A DNA stretch of 64,000 nucleotides from an uncultured Poribacteria bacterium. GTDB taxonomy: Bacteria > Poribacteria > WGA-4E > WGA-3G. Below the pieces are notes generated by a model. The model saw only the letters and a list, made by a program, of their open reading frames with translations. It had not been told where the DNA came from and made no database searches. The DNA is taken from the NCBI GenBank assembly GCA_958296135.2, contig CATQHZ020000001.1, positions 2,112,001-2,176,000 of the forward strand, given 5' to 3'. This document shows positions 1-10,203 of the stretch, in pieces (the stretch's first letter is position 1; every line of letters starts with the position of its first letter). Both the position numbers and the translations under genes were made by a program.

Positions 1-149
1 CATGAAACTTTAGTAATTAATCGGTTCATTGCCGGAATGCACCCACGCCCGATGACTATAGGAGCGGATTTCTATCTCCGCCCATCGACATCGGAAAAAA
101 TGACCCGGTTATTTCTTTACTCGCGACGCTTCGATTTACTAAACGCAGT

Positions 150-875
150 ATGAAAAACATCATCGCCGTTTGCACAAAAGAGCTCTACACCTATTTTGTG
201 TCACCTATCGCCTATTTCGTCTGCTTCGTCTACACAGCGATTTCGGGCTTCATCTTTTCTATCCTGCTCCTCAGCACGAGCAACTATGGCGGTTCCGGGG
301 CTGACGTGATGAATACGCTCTTCGGCAATATGGCAGTCATCCTGCTCTTCTTCACACCGGTGCTGACGATGAAACTGTTCGCCGAGGAACGGAAATCCGG
401 CACGATTGAGCTCCTCCTCACTTCACCGATTACCGACGGACAGGTGGTGCTCGGCAAGTTCTTCGCCTGTTGGACGCTGCTGCTCATGATGCTCGGTTTA
501 ACACTATTTTTCCCGTTCTTGGCGCGACGCTTCGGACCCGTGGACACAGGACCGCTGCTGAGTGGATACTTGGGGCTACTCCTCATCGGTTCCGCTTTTC
601 TGTCGTTAGGGTTGCTGATGTCGTCCATGAGCAAAAACCAACTCGTCGCGGCACTAACCAGTTTCGGACTGCTCATAACACTCTGGGTGATAGGCGCGCT
701 CTCTAACCGTGCTGGCGAAATCGGCAAATTCCTGAGTTATCTGTCTCTGCCAGAGCACTACTACGATTTCGCGCGTGGAGTCATCGTTCTCAAACACGTT
801 GTCTACTACGTGAGCTTTACGTGCGTTTGTCTGTTCGCGACGTTCAAGTCTGTTGAATCATCCAAGTGGAGATAA
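150..875 (+). CDS. ABC transporter permease, GldF-like
   Basis: Multi-TM protein with KELYTYFVSPIAY and FAEERKSGTIELLLTSP motifs typical of ABC-2/GldF permeases; adjacent to a GldG-like gene. Confidence 0.85.
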   Translation: MKNIIAVCTKELYTYFVSPIAYFVCFVYTAISGFIFSILLLSTSNYGGSGADVMNTLFGNMAVILLFFTPVLTMKLFAEERKSGTIELLLTSPITDGQVVLGKFFACWTLLLMMLGLTLFFPFLARRFGPVDTGPLLSGYLGLLLIGSAFLSLGLLMSSMSKNQLVAALTSFGLLITLWVIGALSNRAGEIGKFLSYLSLPEHYYDFARGVIVLKHVVYYVSFTCVCLFATFKSVESSKWR

Positions 876-1114
876 CCACTTCACCATAGGGCGAGGGCCC
901 GGCGAGCGCGAATCGCCGAGGGTGCCCCTCGCCATGCCGGGGAGATAACCACTTTACCGTAGGGCGAGGGCCGTTACGCCGAAAGGTTGTCATCTCTGCC
1001 GCCTCGCTGCAGAGATGTCCACTGTCCCTCGCTATACCATGGAGATAACCATTTCACCGTAGGGAGAGGGCCCGGCGCGCGCGAATCGCCGAGGGTGCCC
1101 CTCGCCATGCCGGG
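870..1114. repeat. Three tandem REP-like units (gagataacca...(g/a)tagggcgagggc...ccctcgccatg)
   Basis: Units start at about 870, 942 and 1043; imperfect palindromes; the same family recurs in the 45.6, 49.0 and 50.7 kb spacers. Confidence 0.8.
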
Positions 1115-1127
1115 GTTGTCCTAAAAT

Positions 1128-2693
1128 ATGTCCAGCAAAAACATTACAGCCCCGCTTTTCGGGCTGCTTGCACTGATTTTCGGTTTCGTCGCGCTCGCCA
1201 GTTTTTTTCTCGGCGCGAGGCCCGCCTTTGCAGTTTGCCTGCTCCTCTGCATCGCGTCGCTAGGCATTTTCGCTCGGTTGCGGTTCGCCGATTTTGTGAA
1301 CTTCTTTGTCAGCCGTCAAGCGCGTTACGGTGCGAACGTCGCGATGAGCATCCTCGGCGTTATCGGAATCGCCGTTTTCGTCAACGTCATTGTCGCGCAG
1401 CGATTTGATAAACGCGCAGATTTAACGACGCTCCAACTCTACACGCTCTCGGAGCAAACGAAGAATGTCCTCAACACCGTCGATAAGGAGATTCAGGTGA
1501 CAGCGTTTTTCAGCGACAGCGATAACAGCCAACTCGCCCGCGAGGCAGCGCGCGCCAAAGAGATGTTAGCACTCTACGCAAACGAATCCGAGGCCATCAC
1601 CGTCGCCTTTGTCAATCCGTATATTGACCGGCTCCTTGTCGATAAATACGGTATCCAAAGGGATGGAACGACTGTTTTTGAGAGCGGCGACCGGACTGAA
1701 AAGGTTAGCACCGTGGACGAACAGAAATTCACCAGCGCGATTCTCAAACTCATCCGGAATCAGACCAAAAAGGTCTATTTCCTCACAGGACACGAAGAAC
1801 GGGGCATCGACGACCGGACACCCATCGGCTATAGTGAGGTAAAAGCGGAATTGGAGAATCAGAATTATGCCGCGCGGTTATTTTCGCCGCTCATTCAACC
1901 GAGCATCCCCGCGGACTGCGCTATGCTCGTCATCGCCGGACCGAAGGCACCGCTGACGCGAGAGGAATTGAAAATGATCTCCGAATACCTTGCGCGCAAT
2001 GGAAAATTGCTCCTATTGCTTGAGCCCTCAACTGACGATGCAAACCAGCGGCTCGTTCAATTGATGCGGCGGTGGGGAATCGAGGTAAGAAACGATTTAG
2101 TAGTAGATCTCGTCCATTCTGGCACTTCCGGGCCGACTGCGCCGTTCCCAGAATTTGCGCAGCACGAGATTACGCGTGCGCTGCAAGGCGTAGGCATTCC
2201 GTTCCTCGGCACCCGTTCTGTCACGCCGGCCGCGGAAATTCCAGAGAGACTTAAGGTTAAATCCTTGGCAAAAACAGTCGGCGAAACGCGTGTCAGTTGG
2301 GGTGAAACGGAACTCAATCGCGTTGAGCTCACCCCTCGCGCCTATACTCCCGGTGTGGATACGCCGCCGCCGGTATCTATCGCCGTAGCCGTTGAACAAA
2401 CCGAAGACACGAACCAAAACACGCGTATCGTTGTCTTCGGGGATTCAGATTTCGCCTCAAACACCTTTTTCAGAACCGCAAATCGGGAGTTGTTTGTCGC
2501 AACAATCAACTGGCTCACCCTAGAGGCTGACCTCGTCGCTATCAGCCCGATCGATTTGCAGCAACAAGCACTGCGCCAATTGAGCGCGCAAGAAGCAGGG
2601 CTGGTGCAGATACTCTCCGTCTTTTTGATCCCAGTGGCAGTGTTTATCGCCGGGATAATCGTTTGGTGGCAACGCCGAGGGGGAACCGCGTGA
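1128..2693 (+). CDS. GldG family / ABC-type uncharacterized transport auxiliary protein
   Basis: N-terminal TMs, DLT..YTLS, KVYFLTGHEE and VFGDSDF motifs, C-terminal TM ending WWQRR. Confidence 0.85.
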   Translation: MSSKNITAPLFGLLALIFGFVALASFFLGARPAFAVCLLLCIASLGIFARLRFADFVNFFVSRQARYGANVAMSILGVIGIAVFVNVIVAQRFDKRADLTTLQLYTLSEQTKNVLNTVDKEIQVTAFFSDSDNSQLAREAARAKEMLALYANESEAITVAFVNPYIDRLLVDKYGIQRDGTTVFESGDRTEKVSTVDEQKFTSAILKLIRNQTKKVYFLTGHEERGIDDRTPIGYSEVKAELENQNYAARLFSPLIQPSIPADCAMLVIAGPKAPLTREELKMISEYLARNGKLLLLLEPSTDDANQRLVQLMRRWGIEVRNDLVVDLVHSGTSGPTAPFPEFAQHEITRALQGVGIPFLGTRSVTPAAEIPERLKVKSLAKTVGETRVSWGETELNRVELTPRAYTPGVDTPPPVSIAVAVEQTEDTNQNTRIVVFGDSDFASNTFFRTANRELFVATINWLTLEADLVAISPIDLQQQALRQLSAQEAGLVQILSVFLIPVAVFIAGIIVWWQRRGGTA

Positions 2694-4537
2694 ACTTCCG
2701 AACGACGCTTATCATCATTATCGTGCTAGCAGGCACCGCGGGGGCTTACTTCCTTTTCTTTCAGGAATCAGGCAAGCAGGCATCTGTAGACGAAAAGCCA
2801 CGCATTCATGAGGTTTACGGCTTAGCCCCAGAAAACGTTCGGCAAATAAGCCTCTCGTTCGCCGAGGCGGCGTATCAGCCGTTGACGCTGGTGAAAAGCG
2901 ACGAAGGCGAATGGCAGCTAACCGAACCGTTTGCTGCAGATGCAAGCAGCGAAAAAGTCTCCGAAATCTTAGACAACCTACTCAACAAACGCGTCAAGCA
3001 GACGCTTGAGGTAACAGCACTCGCGCCGTATGGACTGGATGCACCGAGTATCACGGTGGCACTGTGGACAACAGAACCGGAACGTAAGGACAGATTGCTA
3101 TATCTGTCCGCCACCGATGCTACTGCTACCTTCCTCATCGGCAAAAAGGCGATTAACTTTTCTCTCTACGCCAAAGAGGCATCGGAACCACACATCTTCC
3201 TAATCGAATCTAGCACGCTCGATGATCTGGCGAAGTCACCGACAGATCTGCGTTCCCGGAAGGTTATTCAGTTTAACCCAGAGAGGATATCTGAAATTCG
3301 GTTAGTGAAAGGGACAAGCACTACACCTAAAGAGATTCGGTGTGAGAAAATAGGGGATACGTGGACAATGACGCATCCTCTCTCTGTTAAAGCAGACACG
3401 CAAGAAATTGAGCTGCTACTCTCCGCGCTCGGTTCATTTCAGGTATCAACATTTGAGGCTGATTGGACTGGCGAGGCATCCGCACCAGACTTAGAAAAAT
3501 ATGGGTTGCATTCTCCCCGCTTATCGGTTATACTGAAAAACGAAAAGGGAACGCTTGGGCTCCACATCGGCACCGGAACTTATGTGACACCCGCGCACCG
3601 AAATGCTGTCTATACAGTTGCCAACGACATCTATGCGCAGCTCAACAAATCCGTTTTCGATTTGCGCGATAAACGGGTGCTTGACTTTCAGCGCACAGCA
3701 ACAAACCGAATTGAGATTGAATACCCGAAGCACAGCGCGAGACAAGTTTCCCGAGCGCAACGGAAAACGGAAGGAAACGCAAAGATTGTCTGTGTCAAGA
3801 ATTTTGACGATACCTGGGACTTAAAAACCCCAATCCAGACGAAGGCTGACGCGCAGGCAATCGATGACCTGGTTTTCGGAGCGGATTCACTCAAAGCGAT
3901 CGAATTTGTCACCGCTCCTGCCCCAGATTTGGCACGCTACGGATTGGATTCCCCCGCGATGCAGGTTGCGTTCACACAACTGGGTGAAGAAAACCCTGCC
4001 CTGCTGCTCATCGGAAATCGGAAAGGCGACGCTGCCTACGTCAAATCGGGAGATTCATCCCAGGTCTCGCTTGTCAAACACGCACTCATTGATAACCTCG
4101 CGACCGGGGTTGCGTGGCTGCGCGATAAGCAGATTCTTCATTTTGGGATTGACGATGTCAACCGGTTTGCGTTAAAATATGACGATGTCTCGCTGACATG
4201 CCAACGCCTCGGCACGAATTGGCGGCTAACAGTGCCGGTGAAAGAAGACGCAAACAATGCTGAAATCAACGCCATCATCTACGAACTTGACGATTTGAAA
4301 GTTGAGGAATTTTTATCGGACGCGCTAGATACCACGATAACAGGGCTCAATCCACCACAGATACAGATTACCCTCGGCTTAAGGAGTGGGAACGGATATG
4401 TCTTGCAAATTGGCAAAGCGGACGCGTCCGGGCGTTTCTATGCACGCTTGCAACACGAACCGAACGTAACTTTTTTGCTAGACAGCGCGTTAATTCCAAA
4501 GTTGAGAACGACGCTTGAAATGCTGCGGACTCCGTAA
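2690..4537 (+). CDS. DUF4340 domain-containing protein
   Basis: GTG start overlapping the upstream TGA; N-terminal anchor; repeated W..P..AD...YGL..P and DLR.K modules; usual third gene of Gld-like operons. Confidence 0.75.
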   Translation: MNFRTTLIIIIVLAGTAGAYFLFFQESGKQASVDEKPRIHEVYGLAPENVRQISLSFAEAAYQPLTLVKSDEGEWQLTEPFAADASSEKVSEILDNLLNKRVKQTLEVTALAPYGLDAPSITVALWTTEPERKDRLLYLSATDATATFLIGKKAINFSLYAKEASEPHIFLIESSTLDDLAKSPTDLRSRKVIQFNPERISEIRLVKGTSTTPKEIRCEKIGDTWTMTHPLSVKADTQEIELLLSALGSFQVSTFEADWTGEASAPDLEKYGLHSPRLSVILKNEKGTLGLHIGTGTYVTPAHRNAVYTVANDIYAQLNKSVFDLRDKRVLDFQRTATNRIEIEYPKHSARQVSRAQRKTEGNAKIVCVKNFDDTWDLKTPIQTKADAQAIDDLVFGADSLKAIEFVTAPAPDLARYGLDSPAMQVAFTQLGEENPALLLIGNRKGDAAYVKSGDSSQVSLVKHALIDNLATGVAWLRDKQILHFGIDDVNRFALKYDDVSLTCQRLGTNWRLTVPVKEDANNAEINAIIYELDDLKVEEFLSDALDTTITGLNPPQIQITLGLRSGNGYVLQIGKADASGRFYARLQHEPNVTFLLDSALIPKLRTTLEMLRTP

Positions 4538-4598
4538 TCTTCCGCGGCGCGCTCATCTCCGGTAGGCACGCTTGGTAAGCGCGCACCACACATAAGAA

Positions 4599-5798
4599 AT
4601 GCATACCTACATTATTGCAATCGCCTATTTTTTCTTTTTACTTGAATTGCTGATGATCGGCGGTTCTTTTCTGTATTCGCGGCGGGAACGGAAAACAGCG
4701 CGGCCCGCCTGGACACCAAAGGTCGCCATCATCGCGCCGCACTATGGGTGGGATGACGACACAGCCGAGCATATCAAAGGGCTCCTCCATCAGGATTACG
4801 CGGGCGAGCACGACATCTTCTTTGTAACCCACCGAAAAGGTGAAGCAGAGTATGATATCTCCTATCCACCTCTCCAGAAGATTGCGGAAAACGTGCCCAA
4901 TGCACACCTCCTATTAGCACCGAACATTATCGACAATAGCCTCCCCCGTTCGCAAAAGGTGCAGAACCTGATGACGGTGATAGAAACGCTACCCGACGAT
5001 GTAGAAATCATCGCGTTTGTCGATGCTGACGTGGCTATTCGCGAGGATTGGTTGACGCTACTTGTCGCACCGCTGCAAGAAAAGGAAATCGGCGCGACCG
5101 TGGGCGGCAGGTTCTACGCACCACAGACGTGGAATTTCGCCTCGCTAGTGGAGGCAATCTGGGTAAATTTCCAGATGGGCTTGCAAGGAGACCACCGACT
5201 CTCCATGGTGTGGGGTGGTTCTAACGCCTTCCGCAGCGAGATGCTTGAGAAAGCGCAGATTCTGAAACGCTGGGAGAACGCGACGATTGAAGATCTGAAT
5301 ACCACCCGCGCAGTCAGAGACATGAACCTCAAGGTGCATTTCGTGCCGGATTGCGTCGCCATCACCCACACAGCGAACCGCACATGGCATCAGATAGTCG
5401 AATTTACGAACCGCCAGATGATTATGACGCTCCACATGGGACTTTGGGCACAATGGCTTGCGAGCCTCACGATTTTTCTCCCTAAAGCGGTGCTGGTTTT
5501 CGGCACGATGCCGTTTCTATTTCATCGGACAGAACTTCTGCCCGTTGCGTTCATCCCATTCCTTGAGGCAGTCAGTTACCGGCTCTTCTGTCTGAACTTG
5601 CCGCGCTGGCTGCGGGATATGCCGAAGATGCAGGACACTATTCGGATTAGCTCCTACGTCACGTCTTTCTCGATGTGCCTCGCGGGGATTAACGCGCTGT
5701 ATGCCATCTTCCAACGCAAGATAATCTGGGGTGGCGTGCGGTATGAGATCCTCTCCGCCACAACGTGTCGGGTCTTAGGAGTGGTGAAGAAAAAATAG
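4599..5798 (+). CDS. Glycosyltransferase family 2/21 (ceramide glucosyltransferase-like)
   Basis: N-terminal TM, KVQNL, FVDADV (DxD), WGGS, IED, RQ motifs, C-terminal TMs and WGGVRY. Confidence 0.75.
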   Translation: MHTYIIAIAYFFFLLELLMIGGSFLYSRRERKTARPAWTPKVAIIAPHYGWDDDTAEHIKGLLHQDYAGEHDIFFVTHRKGEAEYDISYPPLQKIAENVPNAHLLLAPNIIDNSLPRSQKVQNLMTVIETLPDDVEIIAFVDADVAIREDWLTLLVAPLQEKEIGATVGGRFYAPQTWNFASLVEAIWVNFQMGLQGDHRLSMVWGGSNAFRSEMLEKAQILKRWENATIEDLNTTRAVRDMNLKVHFVPDCVAITHTANRTWHQIVEFTNRQMIMTLHMGLWAQWLASLTIFLPKAVLVFGTMPFLFHRTELLPVAFIPFLEAVSYRLFCLNLPRWLRDMPKMQDTIRISSYVTSFSMCLAGINALYAIFQRKIIWGGVRYEILSATTCRVLGVVKKK

Positions 5799-5811
5799 TC
5801 TCAATCGTTAT

Positions 5812-5840
5812 TTGCTTTTTTTGGCAAAATGTGGTATAAT
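5812..5840 (+). promoter_or_regulatory. Putative sigma70 promoter upstream of msrB
   Basis: TTGCTT-17 nt-TATAAT with extended -10 TG. Confidence 0.55.
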
Positions 5841-5976
5841 ACCAAATGAACCTGGGTCATTTCGGGCGCGCCTGCCACCCAGGTCAGACAGATCAACTTA
5901 ATTTGGTATAATACCTGTATCGACAAACTAAGGAGCCGGTCGCCCGTGCGTGACTGGTTCGTCAGGGGAATCAGAA

Positions 5977-6390
5977 ATGGGTGAAGAAAAAGTGATTAAA
6001 TCGGACGAAGTGTGGAGACAGCAACTCACGCCTGAAGAATATAAGGTAACCCGGAAGAAAGGGACAGAGCGCGCCTTCACCGGGAAATACCACGATTGTA
6101 AAGAGCAGGGCACTTATCACTGCGTTTGTTGTGGAAGTCCGCTCTTTACTTCGGATGCGAAATACGATTCGGGAACCGGCTGGCCCAGCTTCTGGGAGGC
6201 CGTTTCTGCCGAAAACGTTGAGACTAAGCGCGACCTGAGCATCTTTTTCATGCCGCGCACCGAAGTCGTCTGTAGCCGCTGTGATGCGCACCTCGGCCAT
6301 GTTTTCAACGACGGCCCACAGCCAACCGGGAAACGCTACTGCATGAACTCGGCGGCACTCACGCTCGTCAAAGCAAAGGATAATACCTAA
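5977..6390 (+). CDS. msrB: Peptide-methionine (R)-S-oxide reductase
   Basis: GTERAF, Cxx[18 protein letters not shown] and RYCMNS motifs. Confidence 0.95.
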   Translation: MGEEKVIKSDEVWRQQLTPEEYKVTRKKGTERAFTGKYHDCKEQGTYHCVCCGSPLFTSDAKYDSGTGWPSFWEAVSAENVETKRDLSIFFMPRTEVVCSRCDAHLGHVFNDGPQPTGKRYCMNSAALTLVKAKDNT

Positions 6391-6475
6391 TCAAATAGGA
6401 TGGGTGAATCCGGGTTGCGCGCTTTCTAACCGCGCAACCTGTGGAACGCTTACCCTATTCAAGAGAGGATAATTG

Positions 6476-7696
6476 ATGGCACTACGAAGTCGAATCTCGT
6501 CACGGTTCCTCGTCAATGAACTTGCCACCGCCATCTCGGAGGATTGGCGGACCTCGCGCAAGTTCATGCAATACCAACTGGCGAAAGAGAGTTTTAACCT
6601 GCGCCACCCGTTCGGCGCAAAGCACGGCAGAGGCGATGCATTGCAACTCGTCAGCCTCCGCATTACGGACATGTGTAACCTCCGCTGCCACTCCTGTGGG
6701 CAATGGGGTGACAACGGTTACCTCCTGGGGCAATCGCTCAAAGACCTGAAAGCGCGCGAAGTCCCCGTTGAAACCTATAAAAACCTCGTGGACCAGATCG
6801 TCGACCTCGGCTGGTCCCCCGTCTGGTATATCTGGGGCGGCGAACCGATGCTTTACCCCGGCCTCATCGAACTGATGCACTACATCAAGGATAAGGGGAT
6901 GCCGATTTCCCTCGTGAGTAACGCCACCAACATCGCTAAACGCGCGGACGATATTTTGGAAACCTGCAAAATTGTCTACCTCAGCGTTGACGGCCCAAAC
7001 GAGGAAATCCACAACACGCAGCGCCCCGGCGTTTCCGCGAAATATGACAACTTCAAAGATGTCAAAGCCGCCCTTGAAACGCTGAACGCGGCGAAGGAAC
7101 GCCAGCAACTCGCCTTCCCTTATATCATCCCGCTTAGCTGCGTAACGATGTATAACATTGATGTCGTGGTGGATCTCTACAAATTCACCAGTCAATACGC
7201 CGACGCACAGATTTTTTACCTGACATGGTGGATCGACTCGCAATCCGCGCAAGAACACACGGAGGACTTTGAGAACCGGTTCGGATTCAAACCACAGACG
7301 CACTACGGATGGATAGGCACCTGGAAAGATTTCGACCACGGCTTAATCCTGGATAAGTTTGCGGAAATGGAGAGCCTCTCCGAAAAGCAGAAACGGTGCC
7401 CGCCGGTGATGATGCCGAGGCTCAACACGCGCGGCGAAATCCAACGTTACTACACAGACCATCAGCAAACCTTCGGGTATAACCAGTGCGTCAGCATCTA
7501 TATGACGATGGAGATCGATAGTAACGGCGACGTGAGCCTCTGCCGCGATTACCACGACTACATCATCGGCAATATCAAAACCGATGCAGTCGCCGATATG
7601 TGGAATAACCAGAAAGCCATGAAGTTCCGCCAGTCCATCAGCGAAGACGGCCCCATGCCAGTCTGCCGCCGTTGCTGCGGGTTGATGGGATTTTAA
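6476..7696 (+). CDS. Radical SAM protein with SPASM/twitch domain
   Basis: CNLRCHSC, GGEP, C-terminal C..G.V..C...IGN...W...CRRCC. Confidence 0.9.
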   Translation: MALRSRISSRFLVNELATAISEDWRTSRKFMQYQLAKESFNLRHPFGAKHGRGDALQLVSLRITDMCNLRCHSCGQWGDNGYLLGQSLKDLKAREVPVETYKNLVDQIVDLGWSPVWYIWGGEPMLYPGLIELMHYIKDKGMPISLVSNATNIAKRADDILETCKIVYLSVDGPNEEIHNTQRPGVSAKYDNFKDVKAALETLNAAKERQQLAFPYIIPLSCVTMYNIDVVVDLYKFTSQYADAQIFYLTWWIDSQSAQEHTEDFENRFGFKPQTHYGWIGTWKDFDHGLILDKFAEMESLSEKQKRCPPVMMPRLNTRGEIQRYYTDHQQTFGYNQCVSIYMTMEIDSNGDVSLCRDYHDYIIGNIKTDAVADMWNNQKAMKFRQSISEDGPMPVCRRCCGLMGF

Positions 7697-7787
7697 GCCC
7701 ATCATTCACCGTAGGGCTCGGTGCAGTGGCGAGAACCATAAGAGAATCTAGCAGAACCTACCCTAATCTAGCAGTGTGCATTTTGAC

Positions 7788-7816
7788 TTGCATTTCGCTT
7801 GGACTTATGGTATAAT
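7788..7816 (+). promoter_or_regulatory. Putative sigma70 promoter of tnpB
   Basis: TTGCAT-17 nt-TATAAT with extended -10. Confidence 0.6.
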
Positions 7817-7923
7817 ATAGTTACCGTTGGGAGGTGAGACCTACTAAGCGCGGCATCCCGCCGTGTCTCTCACCTCCACCTTACCTTAGTAGGAAGGAAA
7901 AACAACGGCGAACGGTGACGCCT

Positions 7924-9168
7924 ATGGCATTGAAAACGCATTTAATGGCGTTGGACCCGAATAATAAGCAGGCGACGCTGCTTGCAAAGCACTGCGGCTA
8001 TGCCCGCGTGGCACGTAACCATGCGCTCTCGGAATTCAAGGCGGCACTCGATCGCGATGAATTCCTATCCGATATGGACTTGCGCAAAAGATTCAACGCC
8101 GTGAAAGATGAACGCTACCCGTGGTGTCGCGAGCTCAGTCAAAATGCATCGAAGAATGGGATTTGCACGCTCGGTGATGCAGTGAAACGCTGGGTCTCTA
8201 AACAGAACCGCTTCCCGCGCTATAAGCACCGATCTGGTAGGAGTTCCTACCAAGCTGACAATGGCGCAGGCACGGTGAAGGTGGAGAAAAAGCGTGTCAA
8301 CCTCCCGAAGATTGGCTGGGTTCGCCTGCGCGAGAAGTTGCGTTGGCGTGGCGAGATTCGGCGGTGTGTCGTCTCAAAACGTGCAGGCAGGTGGTTTCTA
8401 TCGGTTCTCGTGAAGGTGGTTTCCGACAGTGCGCCACGTGTGCGTTCTGAGGCGGGTCCTATGCGGGTAGTTGGTGTTGATGTAGGTATCAAAACCCTAG
8501 CCGTGACATCCGATGGTGTTGAGTTTGAAAACCCGAAGGCACTCTACCGCTATCTACGGAAGTTGCGGCGTGCGCAGCGTCAGCTCTCTCGTTCGGTTTA
8601 CCGAAGCAGAAACTGGTATCGGAAGCAGTTCCGCGTACAGAAGATTCACTATCGTATCTGCTGTCTGCGTGAGGATGCACATCATAAGGCAAGCACGGCG
8701 ATTGTGAAGGCGGCTGACGTTCTCGGCATCGAGAGTCTTCGTGTGGCGGGCTTGTTGAAAAACCGCCGTCTTGCAAAGGCGTTGAGCGATGCGTCATTGA
8801 GCGGTTTCTTGACGATGCTTCGGTATAAGGCAGAGGCACGTGGTGTTGAGATTATCGAAGCACCGTCGAACTTCCCATCATCGAAGACGTGCAGTGCTTG
8901 CGGGAATAAAAAGAAAAAGTTGTCCCTCTCGGAGCGGACATATCACTGCGAGGCATGTGGCGTGGTCATCGACCGCGACTTGAATGCAGCGTATAACTTA
9001 AGAACCCTCGCCGCTAGCTTGACGGAGAGGCAAAACGGCTGCGGAGCGACTATAAGCCCTCAGAGTAGGCACACCTCGTGTGTCTCGGAGGCACGCCGCG
9101 TTGAAACAGCAACTACGACAGATAAGAGGACAGGTCAGATTCGGATAGATTTGTCCAGACTATCATAA
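7924..9168 (+). CDS. tnpB: RNA-guided endonuclease TnpB
   Basis: RuvC motifs GVDVGI, IESL and DRDLNAA; zinc finger CSAC...CEAC; LPKIGWVR. Confidence 0.92.
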   Translation: MALKTHLMALDPNNKQATLLAKHCGYARVARNHALSEFKAALDRDEFLSDMDLRKRFNAVKDERYPWCRELSQNASKNGICTLGDAVKRWVSKQNRFPRYKHRSGRSSYQADNGAGTVKVEKKRVNLPKIGWVRLREKLRWRGEIRRCVVSKRAGRWFLSVLVKVVSDSAPRVRSEAGPMRVVGVDVGIKTLAVTSDGVEFENPKALYRYLRKLRRAQRQLSRSVYRSRNWYRKQFRVQKIHYRICCLREDAHHKASTAIVKAADVLGIESLRVAGLLKNRRLAKALSDASLSGFLTMLRYKAEARGVEIIEAPSNFPSSKTCSACGNKKKKLSLSERTYHCEACGVVIDRDLNAAYNLRTLAASLTERQNGCGATISPQSRHTSCVSEARRVETATTTDKRTGQIRIDLSRLS

Positions 9169-9182
9169 GTTCTAGGGAGCGG
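9008..9182 (+). ncRNA. TnpB omegaRNA (right-end RNA) scaffold
   Basis: Overlaps the tnpB 3' end; aligns with 10498-10650 with compensatory changes. Confidence 0.65.
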
Positions 9183-9224
9183 CGAGATATCCATATCCGC
9201 CTATCTAATCAGAAGGAAGAATTA

Positions 9225-10088
9225 ATGAAAATTGGATTACGTATTCCCGGCACAGCCCGTCAATTGCCGTTCGCCGATTTCTGTCGGTGGTGCGCCGATA
9301 ACGGGTTTGAAGCCGTTGACATTGGAGAAACCACGCCCGAAATTGTCAAAACCGCGCGAGATGCCGGGCTCGCCATCGGCACCGCAGATTTGCCGGGAGT
9401 GAGAGAGCTCCTCAGTCCCAAAAAGTCAAAACAGAAAGCAGGAGCTTCCGCTGCGAAAGCCGCTATCCAAGCCGCCGCAGACAACGACGTGCGCATCATG
9501 TTCTGCGTCTTTGTCCCGGAGGATGCCAGCCTCGGCCGCGCCAAAAACTTCGAGATTTGGAAGCAGACTCTCCCGCCGATCGCCGAGTTCGCCGCGGAGA
9601 ACGGTGTCACTATCGCCGTGGAGGGATGGCCGGGCCCTGCGCCTGCCTATCCGGCCCTCGGCTGCACACCGGAGATGTGGCGCGCGATGTTCGCCGAATG
9701 CGATTCCCCAGGGCTGGGACTCAACTACGATCCCTCGCACCTCGTCCGCATCGGGATTGACTACCTGCGCGCCCTGCACGAATTCGCGCCCTACGTCAAA
9801 CACGTCCACGGCAAGGACACCGTCTTTGACGAAGAAGCACTCTATCTGCACGGCAATCTCGGACCGAGTTTCGGCAACGCCCGCGGCTTCGGCGAAGACT
9901 GGTGGCGGTACACGATTCCCGGTGATGGCATTGTGGATTGGCTGAAAGTCGTGCAACGCTTGGAAGACGAAGGTTTTGACGGCATCGTCAGCGTTGAACT
10001 TGAAGATTATCGCTATTGGCGCACGTGGGAGTCAGAGTCTGATGGACTCCGCCGTTCCCGCGAATTCCTCGCGCAGTATGTGCGATAA
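9225..10088 (+). CDS. Sugar phosphate isomerase/epimerase (xylose isomerase-like TIM barrel)
   Basis: AVE, GLNYDPSH, HVHGKD, PGDG.VDW and SVELED motifs. Confidence 0.85.
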   Translation: MKIGLRIPGTARQLPFADFCRWCADNGFEAVDIGETTPEIVKTARDAGLAIGTADLPGVRELLSPKKSKQKAGASAAKAAIQAAADNDVRIMFCVFVPEDASLGRAKNFEIWKQTLPPIAEFAAENGVTIAVEGWPGPAPAYPALGCTPEMWRAMFAECDSPGLGLNYDPSHLVRIGIDYLRALHEFAPYVKHVHGKDTVFDEEALYLHGNLGPSFGNARGFGEDWWRYTIPGDGIVDWLKVVQRLEDEGFDGIVSVELEDYRYWRTWESESDGLRRSREFLAQYVR

Positions 10089-10105
10089 GCCGCATTTTCA
10101 TCAAA

Positions 10106-10168
10106 CCGGTAGGCGCGGTTTGCAACCGCGCCCCCATGCTAGCGCGCTTACAAAGCGCGCCTACCGGA
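10106..10168. repeat. Inverted pair of GTAG-type REP palindromes
   Basis: ccggtaggcgcggtttgcaaccgcgcc ... gcgcgcttacaaagcgcgcctaccgg; similar copies near 4560, 13768, 41902, 56655 and 60917. Confidence 0.75.
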
Positions 10169-10203
10169 ATTACCGATTTAAACCACACTACCAAGGAGGA
10201 GAG

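Larger units (their letters stand above)
7722..9182 (+). mobile_element. IS607-like non-autonomous element carrying tnpB only
   Basis: GG dinucleotide at both junctions (7720-7721 and 9181-9182); short repeats at the left end (aatctagcag x2); right end ...agttctagggagcgg; no transposase gene. Confidence 0.65.

Noticed and set aside
5977-6390. MsrB as a selenoprotein
   Set aside because: Catalytic residue is Cys (RYCMNS); no in-frame UGA
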